A stretch of 64,000 bases of DNA from Raillietiella orientalis (taxonomy: Eukaryota): positions 1,302,001 to 1,366,000 of the forward strand of contig JAYWIR010000034.1 in NCBI GenBank assembly GCA_036172245.1, read 5' to 3'. A program made the position numbers and the translations under genes. Of this stretch, positions 25,771 through 40,060 are shown piece by piece. The notes beneath the pieces are model-generated. The model had not been told where the DNA came from, did not search any database, and saw only the letters and a list, made by a program, of their open reading frames with translations. The number at the start of each line of letters is the position of its first letter. The first letter of the stretch is position 1.

Positions 25771-27639
25771 TATGAATGGAACCGAAATTCATGGGTTGCG
25801 TTTGGTGAAAAGCTGAATTTATATCGGTCATACTCCCTGACGTATGCAGGTCTAAATACTAAGAAAAAAAAATACCACAGAGATCGCCGAAGTTCTCAAA
25901 TCAGTTAACTAAACTTTGAAATGATCGGATAAGTTGTTTCAATCAACCTCCACTCATATGGAGAAAATCTCAAGTAAAGATCCAATGAAACTAAAAGTAA
26001 TGATGTTTGAGGAAGGGGATGTATGTATTTATGTATATACATACACTAAGGCCAGTTACAATCGTAGAATAAATCTCCCTTGATAGTCCTTGAACCAAGA
26101 CGAGCGGCATAGGCAAAAACCGTGATGGAACGATATAATTTTAGAAAAATATTACAAAAATGCTTTCCGAATATGGGAAAACGATTTTTAACTAGGAAGG
26201 AGGTTGATGAATGATGCAACGATCCAATCTTATGCCAAAAGTAGGAAATAAGCAACACAAACGATTAAAATTATGTACTCGAGAAGATCCGCGAAACCGT
26301 TGTTGTTTTCTTGATTCAGGAAGCGGTGAGTAATATTGAGAAAGGAGAAAACATAGTGAAGTTATTAGCAAGGTGAAACAAAAAACCTCACTTGCCGAAG
26401 GACAATTGAATGAAATTTCACATTGCAATTTTAGCTCATAAGCATCCCACTCGTCATATGCAACCGAGGAAGCTAGAAGTTATCAGCAAAAACCAAATCC
26501 CTCAATCATGAGTTCACCTTAGATGTATAACGGAAGCGACGGGAAGAACAGATACTCTTGCAGTCAATTGGAAATCTCTCCCAAAGGAGTGCAACAAGCA
26601 TCAGAATCCGAGGAGCAGACTAGATGAATGGAAATTTCGAAATGATGGCTTGACAGTAACACGGGAAGTAAAGGAGTGCATAACATCAGGAACACGTCTG
26701 GTTGATGGAAAGCCTTGCCAACGGTTGGAACAAATGCCCTAAGAGTGAGGTGTCGCACCGTAAAGCTGGTCGTTGAAACAAATATGTGGTTTCAGAGATC
26801 AGCTTTACGGTAATGTGAAATTATCCCAATTTCAAAAGCAAAACTTCACGGGTAATGGGTCGGCGGCATCCATGAGACTTTTGACTTGCTGATGTAAATG
26901 CAAGCTTTCAGTTGCCTTGAAATTTGTTGCACGAGTATGCGTAATTTATAACGGACGGATGAATTTTCCCCCCCCTCAGTATACCCCTTCGAAATATCTA
27001 TACATCTTTTCGTCAAGATATCTAAAGCATCCTTAAGCAAACAAATTCTCTTCATTGCTGCATAGCGAATTTCGTGCACTTCATATTACTGATCAAAGGT
27101 TTTTTGGTACTTAAGCCTCTGAAAAAGTCGTAAAAACAGCCTGCTTTTGGAAGAAAATACATACTTGGAAACAACTAATACAAACACAAACAGCAGTGAT
27201 GAAGGGAAAGATCTGAACTGGTGATGTAAGCTCTCTGGTTTCTCCGATCCATACCTTGGTAGTCATTAGAAAAGATATTCTTTCGAACCAAATAACGACT
27301 AGAAGCTAAACAGGAGTTGTATAGTTTACTTCCAAGCTTTCGATTTTAAAATGCCTGTCATTTTCAAACTTAAATTAGCTAATACAGTCACAATGCATTT
27401 GAACGTACATTTTATACTTGAATGATTTACGAATTTTTTTCCCTCTTAATCTTCTCCTTCTAGAGCAGTTTTGTTTCAAATCCCGAAAAGCAGTTTCCAG
27501 AACATTCATACTTTTCTTTATCTTTTTTTCCGTTTTTTTTTTTTTTTTTCTTTTACAATGGATGCAGCAAAAATAAATATATAATTTGGAGTCAGAGGAA
27601 TTCGAACGAAAATTTATAAAATAATTTTTCTTAAAAATA

Positions 27640-28860
27640 AATGGGACAATTTATGCAATGGTCCAGGTAGGAGAGAACAAAAGTTAGAGTGCATGAGATT
27701 CTCAAGAAATTACACTTGAAATCTTGATTTTAAATATGAAGGAATAGATGTTTCACATATACACCAAACGGCAGAAATGTTTCTGAAGCTGCTGTTTCAT
27801 GACCGTTAACTAACGTTTGTGCAATGAAAAGTCTATCTCTATGAAAATAGCTGGAGGAAGCTCCTGGACACAAAAATGATTCAGAGTCGTTGTACAACTG
27901 AATCTATTTGCAAACTTGGAAGAGTCATCCAAGGTTTACTTAACTCTTAATTGATACTATTCTTTCTTTCCACATCACTAGGATCTGATCTATACAATTG
28001 TTCTTTATTTTGGATTCATTTTAACCTTGCCACACAGTTGTCATTGACGTTATCTCCTCATGTTTTGATATTGTTCTGATTCCTGGTTACCCGAGCTACG
28101 CAACCAAAGTAAATAAGGGATGGGATGAAATAATTCATTGGATAGAAAAGTACGATAATTATGCCATATAGGTATTACAAATTTTTCAAAAGTCTAAAGA
28201 GCGATTTATTCATTTATCATTAACAGTTGATCATGTGCTTGTTTTCTGAGAATCCTTGAACTAAAAAAAATCATCAACATGATCACCAACTTGTGCATAA
28301 AAAAACTTGCATGCAAGTTGAAGAGTGTACATAATTTCTGTTATTTAAAGCATATCATTCCTGAATAATTATATTGGCTGTATTTCGAGGATAAGTGCCG
28401 ATGCATCTATGAGTTGTGAATTTGTAATTAAAGAAATGATGCGAAAATCGACGTCTCCGGTGCAAAACTTGCATTCCCGTGTTTACTTTCCCAACAAGTG
28501 ACTTTCAGAAAACGCAAAGTGAAACAAAATGAATAGATGGCTTGGCAAAATGATTCCTTTCTAAGAAGACCTTCTGGTGTTCCAGCAGTTCATTTAAGTG
28601 GTAACAATTTCTCTGCACTTAGTTCACCAGGTAACACATGCACTGCACTCACTGGGAAATCGGAAAGGTTGTGCGTTTGTGGGTTACGCCAATAACAAAA
28701 CTTCGTGGTCGACCGAGTGGAAACCTTTTTGTAGTAACCTTGTGCCTTGTACTGAAGACAGCGTGCATAATGGATAAGTGCATAACGTGTTATTTGTGTA
28801 TATTTTGGCATCAGAAACCTTTACGGGAAATGTTTACGACTTTTTTTAAATACTCTTGTG
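27640..28860 (+). mobile_element. Possible decayed piggyBac-like transposase relic
   Basis: LFHDR*LTF (~LYxDNxFTS), FCYLKHII...LYWLY (~FxxLLDxxxxNAxxLY) and a Cys-rich tail TACIMDKCITCYLC...MFTTFF; weak. Confidence 0.25.
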
Positions 28861-29669
28861 TCCTTTTTGTTTTTTTTTATTGTAAATACTGTCAATATAG
28901 GTTGTCGTGTCCTACTGACCGAAATTGTGAATGCGCAATTTCGTGATTACTCAGAGACTATCAGGCAGTTTAAATTACATAATGATCCTCATGCAATAGA
29001 TCTGTTAGGGAATCTGGAATTATTTTAATATATGTTCGAATTATGTACGAATCTGAGAGTAGCCAATTTCCAGGAATGCTATTAAAAATATTTCTGTGTG
29101 AACTGCCATAGGTGTGCCCCGCGGGATGTGATGATAAATTTGCAAAGTGGTATGAAACTAATTTTCCTCTTTAAGATAATTCCGAATTACGTAGTTTTTT
29201 AAATTATGGAAGATAAATTCAACAGTTTTATGAAATTAAGTCATCATTCATCACAGTTGAAACATTTTTAATGGCAGCATACCATTTATTAAATGGTACT
29301 TTTTATCTCCTTTGAAATTTTCATGTTTTATCTTACAAACTTGCTGGTTGTGCTTGAATGTTAAGGCATGAAAATGTTGATTGGGATGTCCAGCTTTTAT
29401 GATTCAGGATTGTGAAAATATCTGTGATCAAATGAACATATCTCCAATTTGAGTATAGTGTTAAAGTTATTGTTAAAGTTGAAGTTTAAATGATTATTGT
29501 TTTCAGCCCTGTTTAGAATTCTACTACCTACAATGCAGATTATTCAGAAGTCTGTTTTTGTGGCCTTCAAGTTGTGTTATACCCTTAAAGTGCCATAGTG
29601 TGAAACAGTTACTTTAGTTTCATGTAAAATTATTTATCAGAACAACTGTTTTATGTGTGTTATCAGAAA

Positions 29670-31167
29670 ATGGCAATTTATGGCAGCCTCCCCTTGGAAA
29701 TTAACTCATATTCTCATGAACCATCTAATTACCATAAATGGCCCCACGTATTTATTCCAAGGAATGATAAGTTGCAGTCTTGTGATTGGTTGCCAGTAAC
29801 TCTGTTGGGTTCTTCATCTTTTTTGTCTCCTAGTTGTCCGTGGACCAATTTACATAATAATGCAATTTTACAACTGCGACTGCGAATCAGTAGTGTCCAT
29901 TTAGGTTATCTTCAATATGAAGATAGTATAGATAAGTTGCAACAGCAGCGACATTTGATGGGACTCATTCGTGAATTGTTGTTTCTTGTTCCGCACAAAT
30001 CCAAGTTTTATTTCCAAGAAATACTTAATCTCTTTGATACCAATGTGGAATTCCATGCATTTTCCCCCACCAAAGCTTTCAATGCCTGGAGTTGGTTAGC
30101 TCAGTATGGAGCAAATCTCCTAAGCTACCCGTGGAGAATGGAGTTTCGAAAAATACGAGTAAGGTTTGATGATCTTGTGTATATATCCTTTGGGTTGTAG
30201 CTATATAGTGGATTCTTCAAATGTAATCTAGAAAATACCTTACCTGGTTGTGAACGTGTATTTGCTCTTATGGGTTACCAGAAAGCAGATAGCAGCAGCT
30301 TAGTTTTGGTTGCACCTGTTGATCCTGATCTTGTGCAGCTAGTGGCATTAGATTGCTTAGCTGCGGCTGTGGAATCACAGGTGAGTGAGAGTATGTAAGC
30401 AGTACTGACTGTTTGATCAGATTATGATGGAAATATTTGAAGGTGTCAAACCTTGTTCTTTGGGATGGAAAGAAATTGCTTATCATCGGCAGAAGCACAT
30501 GGGTTCCACACAACAGGCCTGTCAATTGCTAATTACTCAAATGCCATTGTTACAAGATTCATGTCACCATGTGCAAAGTGTGACTCTTAAAGATTACATT
30601 AGACCTGCCACTGCAGAAACATTGATTGATGTGGAGGAAAAAGTTTCCTTCCCATGTACAAGTGAAACACACTTGCAAAGTGATACCAGTGAAAATGGTG
30701 ATGGAGTGTCAGCAGGAAAACTTGAGTGCAGAAGCTCATTGACAGAGAAATGGTCTAAAAAGCATCGCAAAGCTTCCAGTGATGTGCATCTCACGTTTTC
30801 ACGGCGACTGTTAGATAAATTACAGCAGGATATGTCTTTCAAAAAGACAGAAGCTATGTTGAATAAAATGTCTTCCTCCTTGAAGAATACATTTTTGAAG
30901 AATGAAGGGGATGCTTGTCGATCTGAATCTCATTCTCCCAAATCATATCAGTGTGACATTTGGGAATGTAATTCATGCACATTCCTCAATAGTCATTGTT
31001 CGTCAATTTGTGGCATGTGCAGCAAAAGTCGCTGTCCAGGACCAGAACAAAAACCACTCACTGCTGGTGGCAAGGAATGCCCTCTTTGTACATATGTCAA
31101 TAATCGAAGTAGTGAAAAATGTGAAATGTGTGCATACAATTTGGAAGGCTCCCCTACATATGTCTGA
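29670..31167 (+). CDS. tamo: Tamozhennic/SPATA2-like protein (PUB-like domain plus two RanBP2-type zinc fingers), at least 3 exons
   Basis: Exons 29670-30158, 30201-30380 and 30421-31167 (42- and 40-nt GT-AG introns). YGANLLSYPWRMEFRKIRLYSGFF...LMGY is the SPATA2/tamo PUB-like signature; fingers WECNSCTFLN..C..C and ECPLCTYVN..C..C. Start uncertain (acceptor at 29666). Confidence 0.85.
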
Positions 31168-33530
31168 TCACTCACATTACTTACATTATGTTTATAAGAT
31201 ATCTTCATTGTACAGTGGTTCATGTAGTTTGTGATCATTGTGCCCGGTATAAACATATTGGAAATAGTCAAGTTTCTAATCTGCACCCAAATACACTTTG
31301 AAGAATCCCAATATCTTTTTGTCAAATTTTTTTGTTTAATATGTCATTTCTGTATCAAGTGCCTGATATAAGTTGTGATAGAGAAATTGTGATTCAGTCC
31401 TCTTGACATTACAGAAATTTGCCAAGTTTCTGCTTTGCATAGTTATTGGACTTGATGTTGATGTAGAGACTGAAATAAATTAATCCATAGATGAAACCAG
31501 CAGTTGAAATTGCCTCAGACTTTGTTTTATTTGGATGAGTTTTATTATGCCCTACTTCATGCAATGATTAGATTAATTCAAAAATGAAAGAATCAATTCT
31601 GGAAGTTAAAAATGTTGAAAGTTTCAGAATGTGAATATTTGTTTTACTTTTGTTTTTTTGTTTTATTCCTTCTCTTTTGGTTTTAAATGTGTTGCAATTA
31701 CCAGAGCTTGGTGTAGGGCATACTACCAATGTCTGATCAGTAATGAGTAATTAACATTTATGTTGACATTAAGTTGTTATTACGAATAATAATTATATTT
31801 TTCCTTAATATGGGAATGAACTGTTCTCCCAAATTTGTGTCCTTTTCTATTCATGTATTTGTAATTTTACAGACAAATTAATGGCTGTAACCTTAATAGC
31901 AAGATACATTTGAGAATTGATGTGTTCCTGGGTTCTTGTAACATGTCAGATGCTTCATGTGTACACTGTACTGTTTGTACAATTAGAATAATCTGAGTTA
32001 CATTACACAGATATGAGACAAATCTCTGTGAGGATCACTGATAATTGTATATGTAACATATGTGCGTTGGCACAGTTGTTATTTAAAATTGGATTTAAAT
32101 TCATAACATTTATTTGATTTTGATGTTTCTTCAGAATTGCGAGTTCGAAAATACTAGCAAGCACATGGTCATGAGGTTGACAGAGATATGACCTGCTAGC
32201 AGCAATATGTAAAAGCAGCATCAAAGGACTGTAATTATGCTGTTTTTCCACTTTCCATTGCCTTCACATTACCACTAATATAGTTACTGCAAATACAGCA
32301 AGCAGGTTCGGTTGCTCCAGTGTAACTGTTACATGGCAAGTTGTTGACAATAACCATAAGTACTGTAAATTTTTTCATAGTTCTCACAATTTCTGCTGAA
32401 GCATTTCAACAGTTTTATTTTTTCGTGGACGCAGATCTTTTCATGTTTGTCTGTTTCATAGCCAGTTTGAAAAATACCAAGTTTGAAAAAACGAGTACAA
32501 TACACAAAATTATCTGCATGGAGACGAATGCAAAAGCACTGATTTTAGTATGCTGGGATTGTAATGTATTCGTCTTTTCAATGTATGTTCTCGCGATTCT
32601 TTTTCGCAGTTCTTGTGAGCTGAACAAGTACTCTTATTTTTGAGAAATTACAAATCTCCATAGAACGGGACAACGTTCACCAGATTTAAATAACGCTATG
32701 GTTTACCGGACCAGATACAAAACATAAATGCCATATGCACAAAACTGAAAACGCTTATGTTTGAGACCATGAACCAAAATGCAAATATGTTTTCATTTGC
32801 ATTTAATCTTTGTAACTGTAATCTATTAAAAAAATGATCTACGCAAAACCAAATCAAATTATTTTGTCCTGGTTAAAGACTGAAAAATCTGTGAAGTTAT
32901 TAGATATTAGTAAAATTCAGTAGACCAGTAAGTGAAAATTGGGAAATCAATATACTTCTGCTGAAAAGAATTTTCGATTTGGTCTTTTTCGTTACTTCTA
33001 CTCACTATAAAATTTATTTAAGTGTACGCTCAAGTAAAGGGAAGCCAAAAGCGGAGGTTAGCTATGATAGAGAACAATCATGTTTTTCAATATGCCGAAC
33101 GTGTATTATTGAAAATCAGAGTTTCAGAAAGCCTTGACCTCCGAGACTGCTATAAAGAGAAGTTTCATAAGTATCGGATGCTTTGGATGAATAGATCAGT
33201 TAATATTCATCAGAGATTTCATTAAGACGTCAACTTGTTCTACTCACGCTGAATTTAGATAGATACTGTTTTGTAATGCAGCTGATGACTAGTTCGTGGC
33301 TTTGCACTTTTGAGAATTCGTTCTGGATTTTGCACTAGCTACAGAAATTGTGCAAAGAATTATAGAAAAAAAATGCAAGCATAACTTTTAGTCAAGTAAA
33401 ATTTAAACTTTTTAGCAGATTTTATTCCTTCAGGAACAAACTTTTCAAAGCTTTGAACATTAAGATGCCTTTGAGAGGCTCAAATCTCAGATTACATACA
33501 TATACATCCATAAAAACAATAAGGGACTTC

Positions 33531-35882
33531 TTAGAAGGAGCTTATGGATTGAAAATAAATCATGCAGAGATTGCGACAAAGCACTTGATGACACAAGCTC
33601 GGCATTCCACGACGTCTTGTCTGCGTTGATCTTGTTGGATCATCTACATGTACAAATACACTGCCTTCATATACACTGTTTTTACTTTTCGGTTCCTGTC
33701 CATTGGGATTTGTATTCTTGTTAACTAAATTATAGAATGCATTTGACATCTGCTTTGTTTTCAATAGAGTGCTTACCATGGAATTCATCAACTTTTCAGA
33801 AGTTTCGTTCGACAGGGATTCTTCTCTTATCGATTCTGCTCGCACGAGCGAAGCAAAGGTAATTTTTTGTTTTCCCCATTCTAAAAATCAAACTAAACAG
33901 AAGAATTGGTAACGGGGAACTTATACTTTGTGCTTCATGTCTGGTAGAAATGTCAGAAACTCAGAATTTCCAGTATCTCCAAACAACTCTTTTCAGGAAA
34001 GGTGAAGTTTCTGCTCTTCTTCGTAACCTTCATTCTTATGTTTTGTCAGAAATAAGATTTTTTTTCATTTTTCAAGCATGAAAGCATCTTCAAACAAACA
34101 ATCATAAACCAACTAATCATATTTGCGAATATGATTTGTAAGCATCTCATTTTTTTCCTTTATTTGTATTATTTGAATTGAACGTAGACTTTAGTATTCT
34201 GAAAACAAGGCAAAACTGGTTAAACTGATCATCATTGAATTTTTTTTTGAATACCTGATGTTTCTATTACCAACTTAGTGTTTATTTCATTCTTGTCATT
34301 TCGTTACCTTGTGTTTCTTCAGAGCTTCCTTGAAGGATTTTTTTGCTTTGGGAAAGGATGCCTGGAATTAAGCGCACAAGATTCTTTTAAATACACGTTC
34401 TCGAAATTAAGCAGAAATCGGCAATGTTCGACAGTAAATGAAACCAGGTTTTTTTAACCGTCGGATCTTGTTTCAGGGAATTTCAGAGACTCAACAGAAG
34501 GCAGAAAAAACAACAAACGAAGCAAGGTTTCTAGATTTATTGGAATACTAATGATGCTCGAATGTAGCTTCGGGTGTAGTCGACTTCAAAAGAATTTTAG
34601 GCTATGATGTAACGTGATCGAAACTACCCTCGAGAAATAAAACTATAAATGTACTAATAAAACTCGACTGAACTAAATAAAGAAATCAAGAAAATATAGT
34701 TCTTCTTCTTTTTACTTTGTTTTCACAGTTTTGATGAAGCATCTCCTTAGAAGTCCGAAGAAGTATGCCAAGGAGCACGAACACACAGGAATTAAATTTC
34801 CTGGAAGTTTTTCGGAACACCAGGATACAAACTTTTCAACAAGAAACGTCTGGATAAACCAGGACTTTTTTCGTTCGTAAAATGATTCAGAAACCATGCC
34901 AAACAAAAATAATTTATAATATGCAGTTCGCGGTGCTTTGCTGCTAGTAATAAATTCTACGAAGTAATATAGGATCTTTTGAAAAGTTTGGGATAAAAAC
35001 CCAATACAGTATTTGAAAGCATCAATAAGATCCTTTAAAAACGTCGCGTCCTCAGATTTCTGAAACATTTAGAAGAGCTGAAAGCATAATTCAGAACTGT
35101 CATTCTGTGGTATCAGCTGTCAGCGTTATTAATATTGTTTCAGAAAACTGTGTCCAACGTCGGTGAATTCCATAGATGTTTTTCAAAGGATCTAGCACTT
35201 TATAGCTGTTATGTTGTAAGAAATGGATATGGAACATGTGAGTAAATGCAAAACATATATATCTCATGTATATATATATGTATTAATGCAAAATAATAAC
35301 AAATCTGCAGTCAGGAAATTGCCACAGAGGCTATGCATAAGTGTGCATCAATACTATTGAGAGGAAAACATCTCTCAACTCCGTAATTCTGAAAGGCAGC
35401 CATGCCAATTAAAAGTGTAACACCTCAATCCTTTGTCAGACCTTTCATCTGATTCTCATCCATTTAAATGATCACCAGTTTTTAATCTCTATCACTAATT
35501 TTCTTTCTAATATCTATCTTTGACTGAATCGAGTTCCTTGCTCTTTGTCGAAATCCGAAGACTTCGACTTCGATGCATGAGGAAAAAAATGAAATCAAAT
35601 TCCACAAATAAGTTGAGTTATAACAAGTGAAATGACTCGAAGCATCTCTTCCAGTGGAATCAATAGCAATTGCAAATTTTCCATTTGAAATCGACGATGG
35701 TCAAAAGGGTTGTCACAGCTACCATTCCATTCATTCAACTTTGTCGAAATCACCTTTTTGAAATGTGAGCTCTCATCTCGAGGACCATCTTCTGATTTAA
35801 AAAGTGAAGTATCAGAACATGCTTTGGAGATCTGGGAGGCTGTGCGGTCAGTATCTAGATAATCTGCAAATCTACAAAGCAT
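33531..35882 (-). mobile_element. Decayed piggyBac-like transposase relic
   Basis: LQLLLIPLEEMLRVISLVIT (~FxLFFxxxxLxxIVxxTN), AFKYCIGFL (~ELxAFIGLL), FVSWCSEKLPGNLIPV...AYFFGLLRRCF (~FxxxCxxxYxPGxxxTVDEQLxxFRGRCxF), C-terminal SLCHQVLCRNLC. Confidence 0.45.
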
Positions 35883-35949
35883 CCTGGTGATTTAAGGAAT
35901 GATATTTGAAGCGAGTTTGGGAGAAAAATTCAAATTTTCAGGCAGCAGT

Positions 35950-37670
35950 TTCTTTCCACCTTTCTCTTGGTGTCGTACTTCGATGCAAGGCAAGGCAAAC
36001 CACCCAGTAAAGGCATTCTGTTTTTTGGTCTTTGTGTGGAAGCAGTTAATAGCTCTTGTCGTGGTGAACGATTCCAGGACTTTAGAGCATCTGCCAGCTC
36101 TGTTTTCATGAGATCGATTGTGAGTGGTTCCTCAATTGTTCATGATAGCACTTTATTTTCCCTTTCTCTATTGTCTACAAAAGGTTGCATTCAAAGTCAG
36201 GTCCCTGCAGCTTAAGGAGCCCTTGGGTTTGATTTCTGAGTTTTAAGCACTTCAAGATAAGGAAGCTTTGCATGTTTATTCCTAGAAGATTCCCATCTCA
36301 TCCCAGGAAATTCTCTATGGAAAATTACGAGAATCCGTATGCGGCATATCTTCCACTTGTCCATCGTCCTGTTGTATTCTTTCAGAGATACTTACGGTGA
36401 GCGCCCCAAGGTCGAATTACGGATGTCAGCATTTGCGATCGCAAGTCACTGGCTTCTCCGAAATTCAGTAATTTTCTAAACATTTTTGTGGAAGAGCCAT
36501 GCAATTCCCTCTTCAAGGAAAGAGAAGATTCCTCCCTATTGCTTTTTCCTCATTCTACAGAATCTTCGCGTCCTGTGACACATGTTCAAGATTGCCATAG
36601 CCATGTGTGCAACGTGATCTGCCAGTGATGCCGAGATTTCGCGTCTTCTTCCGGACGAAGGCTTCTTACGATCGAAAACCAATCCTCTGGAAGCAACCGT
36701 TTCCAAACAGCGATCCCCAGGCATCCTTTCTGGGCGACAGGGGCTATCTGAAGCTTCAAAAGTGCTCAAGAATTTTGCGTACCCGACCTGAACGTAAGGA
36801 GACCTTTCTTATTGTTTTCCACTGACCTGAAAACAAATCAGAGCTGAATCGTGAAAAAGAGCTGCTGATCCAATGTTATTTACTCAATACATTTACCAAT
36901 ATGGAAGCATGATCATGTCGTATCATTTATCCCAAAAATTCATATTTTACTCGATGAAAGCAAGGAAGCATATTCCTTGAGAGAATCATTTCGATATATT
37001 TGACCTGGAAGCAAAAAAAGACGAAATTTTTTTTTACAGATGGTGTTCGAAATGCTCTCTTGGCAAGTTGGTCAGTTGCAGAAGTCGAACACGAGAATGA
37101 ATTGATCTGCAAGATGATGATTGCATTCCCACCGCGAGTGGATGGCAAGCTCACCACGCGGTCGCTCCAGAGGACATGGCGATCGGAACCTTCCTTGTTG
37201 CTTTGAAGCACGCCCTCAAAGTACAGAGAAACGATCCTAAAGTGCGCCATTTTGTTTTCCCAAGACACTGAAGATGCTATGGAGTTTTTTTCCGCTTTCG
37301 GAAGCCGGACACGTGAGCTCTTCAGAGATGGACCCGATGTTTCGGTTGTGGTCGGATTCGCCGCTCCGTCTTTCCCAGCTTGGGCTAAGTTCTCCGCTTT
37401 AAGCCCCATGGCTCCGATCAGCCACGGAGCTTAAAGCGTACACTTCAGCCCTAGGTTGGTCACTTAGACTTCCTCCTGCTGTTTCGCGGTTGGCGGACAG
37501 TTCTCAGCACACGAGGCTGCTCGGTATAGAGAGTACCAGACAGGTTCGTAGCAGGTCATGCTGTTGTCCAGCACATCCGTTTTGTGCACGGTGGAAACCA
37601 GGGATGAGCACGCACGAAATGAATCGCCGATCAAGGAACCCGCTTCAGGAAGCTGAAGGCCTTGGGTCAC
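35950..37670 (-). mobile_element. Decayed hAT-related (hATm-like) transposase relic
   Basis: Ordered motifs: SLYFEG (~LYFDG), AFRTPSV (~FDTTSSN), YIEMILSRNMLPCFHRVKYEF (~LExxLxRxLLxLxCRHHIxEL), ADHVAHMAMAIL (~AxHHARWMAKAI), IEEPLTIDL (~EPPLT), LPCL (~FPCH). Confidence 0.55.
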
Positions 37671-38249
37671 CGTACCCCTCGTTCTCGCTGTTTCGGTCGG
37701 CGACAGTCATCCTCATTGCCTAATTTATTTCTAACCACAAACAGCTGTAATCCAATGTCAGTGTCGCCAGTCTCACTGCGGTCGAATGAGTTAGCGTTAG
37801 CCGTTATTGAATTCTATCAACCACAAACCTTCCTGGTGTCGGAAAATGAGATGTCTGAGACCTTAAACGCTAGCGCTATCGTTTCCAATTCGGATTAGCA
37901 TGAGCGACTGCAAGCGGCTGGAGGGCTGACACGAGCCTGGAAAGGATCCGTGTTTAATCTGGAACACACAATGGACATTTCAGATTAATGTGACCTCTTG
38001 AAAATTTTTGTGCACTATTCAAATGGAGTATAAACGAACCCCATCGTGTAATTGGTTGAGGGAGCCAAAATTAGGCCTCATCCAGGAGCGTTGCTTTTCC
38101 TTTAGCAGTTCCTGATGAGTTTTTATTATCCTGTTTGAATGAACATCTCACGGACTCGAGTCTTCTGAATTTATGCTCGTGGGAAATGCAATTGATAATT
38201 CACGGAACAAACAGCAGCTGTTCCTTCCTTGATTCTTGCTAGCTGACAT

Positions 38250-39400
38250 CGTTGGGTTTTACCTCCACTGATAGAAATAAGGTTGACTTTGTGACAGTTT
38301 CATACATTCTTCTATTAGATAAGGGCAGTCATTTATTATTTCCTTTTTTTGATCACACCTTCGAGCATGAGCTTTGCGATGCGACCCGAACGCGAGTCAT
38401 CGAAATGGATGAAAGGAGGATAAACATTCAATGCATTAGTCATACGCTTTCTTCTTTCGGAAAAACACAGATGTCAGAGACGCATACAGAGCATTCATTC
38501 TGAATGAAAGCATTGCGTTCCTTTCCAAGAGTCCATCACCTTTCACAGTCCTCACTTTTGGTGCAAGAGAGAGAGAGAGGAAAAAAAAATGCTCCTAAAG
38601 AATCAAAGCCAAAATGAGTAAGAACGGAGGATGGCAAGCATGGGAGAAACTGCCCAAGAGAAAAAAAAGTTGCAGTCCTTGATGCATGCGTGAAGCCAAC
38701 GGATAAACACCGGGACCACGGAGTTCTTCGACCAGTTTTTAGAAATGTAAGAAACCAAGAAGTACGATTAGCCATACTGGCTATGGTCACGTCAGTGAAT
38801 AGGAAGATTTCAGAGGGAGCATTTCTCCAGTGGGTTGGTGACCGCGAAGAGAAACTGCCGCTGCCTGCTGCTGTCTCGTTCTAGTGGAAACTTTTGCTAT
38901 CATCACTATCATGGTGAGCAGAAGCGCACCTGCGGTGGGCTGTGGTGCAGGCTTTCCAATTCCTCTAGCGGGCGGAGTCCCGGGCAGCGCATGCTCATAC
39001 GTGATTCCGTTTCATTCCTGCATCCCGGAATCTTCAGGATTCAGTTCCAGCCTGGTCCACACGCTGGGCTGGTCGGACCGTCTTCCCGCAAGCCAATGGA
39101 ATCTCTTGCAGGAACGGATGCGAACCGCGTTGGTTTCCTCCGAAGGGAGCCACGAAAGATCAAGCCGCTACCGCTATCAATTTTCCGCAAACGTCTATCC
39201 GAATTCGGTTTCCCCCTTGATCAGCGAAGCGCAGAGAAACGTTCCTGCATCTGCATCTTCCATGGAACCAACCGATGGCTGCGAAAATCTGTCGCAAACG
39301 TTGCTCCGGGATTCCAAGCGGGGGGCGGGGACTTGCGGACTGTGATTTCCGAGTGCGTGGGCCGAAGGACAGTTTGGCTGCAGCGAACTCATTTCGACTT
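38250..39400 (+). mobile_element. Decayed pogo-type (CENP-B HTH plus DDE_1) transposase relic
   Basis: LRSFPRVHHLS (~RFMxRHxLS), ASMGETA at 38634 (~NMDETP), RNQEVRLAILAM (~GxEKxRxTVVL), RMLIRDSVSFLH (~LVWDSFxAH), NRWLRKSV (~EWVxxAW). Confidence 0.5.
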
Positions 39401-40040
39401 ATTTCTTCGACTCATTTCTTCGAAAGTCAGCATTCAAATCGTTGGTCTCCTTCATTGGGATTATCCGTGAAACCCTACCGGGAACGACGGCAGCATCTTT
39501 TCCACATGCGTTCCGGAAAACGCGTACGAACCCGTGGTTTGGGCTTCGCGAAAAATAGGAATCAATTTCTTCCATTACAGCGTATAACACGACCGAACAA
39601 TGGCCACAGTCCTCGTAGAACATGGGGAATGGGTCCCGTACGACCCTGTGGATAGGCTCCAATTTTGTGGCACCGCATCAGTTCAGCTGCTCTGGAAAAG
39701 AACAGGAACACATGATTTAACTACATCGAATTCTATTTTACGCAGATTTCCGCCAATAAAGTGGCGCAAGAAGATGCATCTTTCAGCAAGGAGAACGATG
39801 GAACTCGCACTATAGAACTGTTTGAAGTCATTAAATATCAACGAAACAAATATCAAATTTGTTTTACTTTAAGGTGAACAATAAAAAATTTTCTTTTAAC
39901 AAAAAATGCATCTTCGTTTTAAAGTGAATAATGCATACCCTACTGTTATAACGTTCAAGAAGCATTTCAAATTTTTTTAAAAATGCTATCATATTATCCT
40001 TGTATAACCCATAGGATCCATATAACGCAGAGCGTCCCCA

Positions 40041-40060
40041 CGTTATACAGGGGTCTAATG
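40041..40060. repeat. Terminal-inverted-repeat-like 20-mer shared with 1431-1450
   Basis: cgttatacaggggtctaatg versus cgttatacggggtcctaatg (17/20 identical); gtataac/tataacg subrepeats lie just upstream. Confidence 0.5.

Noticed and set aside
26560..27080. Tc1/mariner relic (VQQIS...WMPP)
   Set aside because: Too few and too weak motifs to support.
35899..36111. Plus-strand LVVVND motif resembling a hAT-like C-terminus
   Set aside because: The minus strand of the same interval continues the colinear hATm-like series (EEPLT, LPC); the plus match is probably chance.
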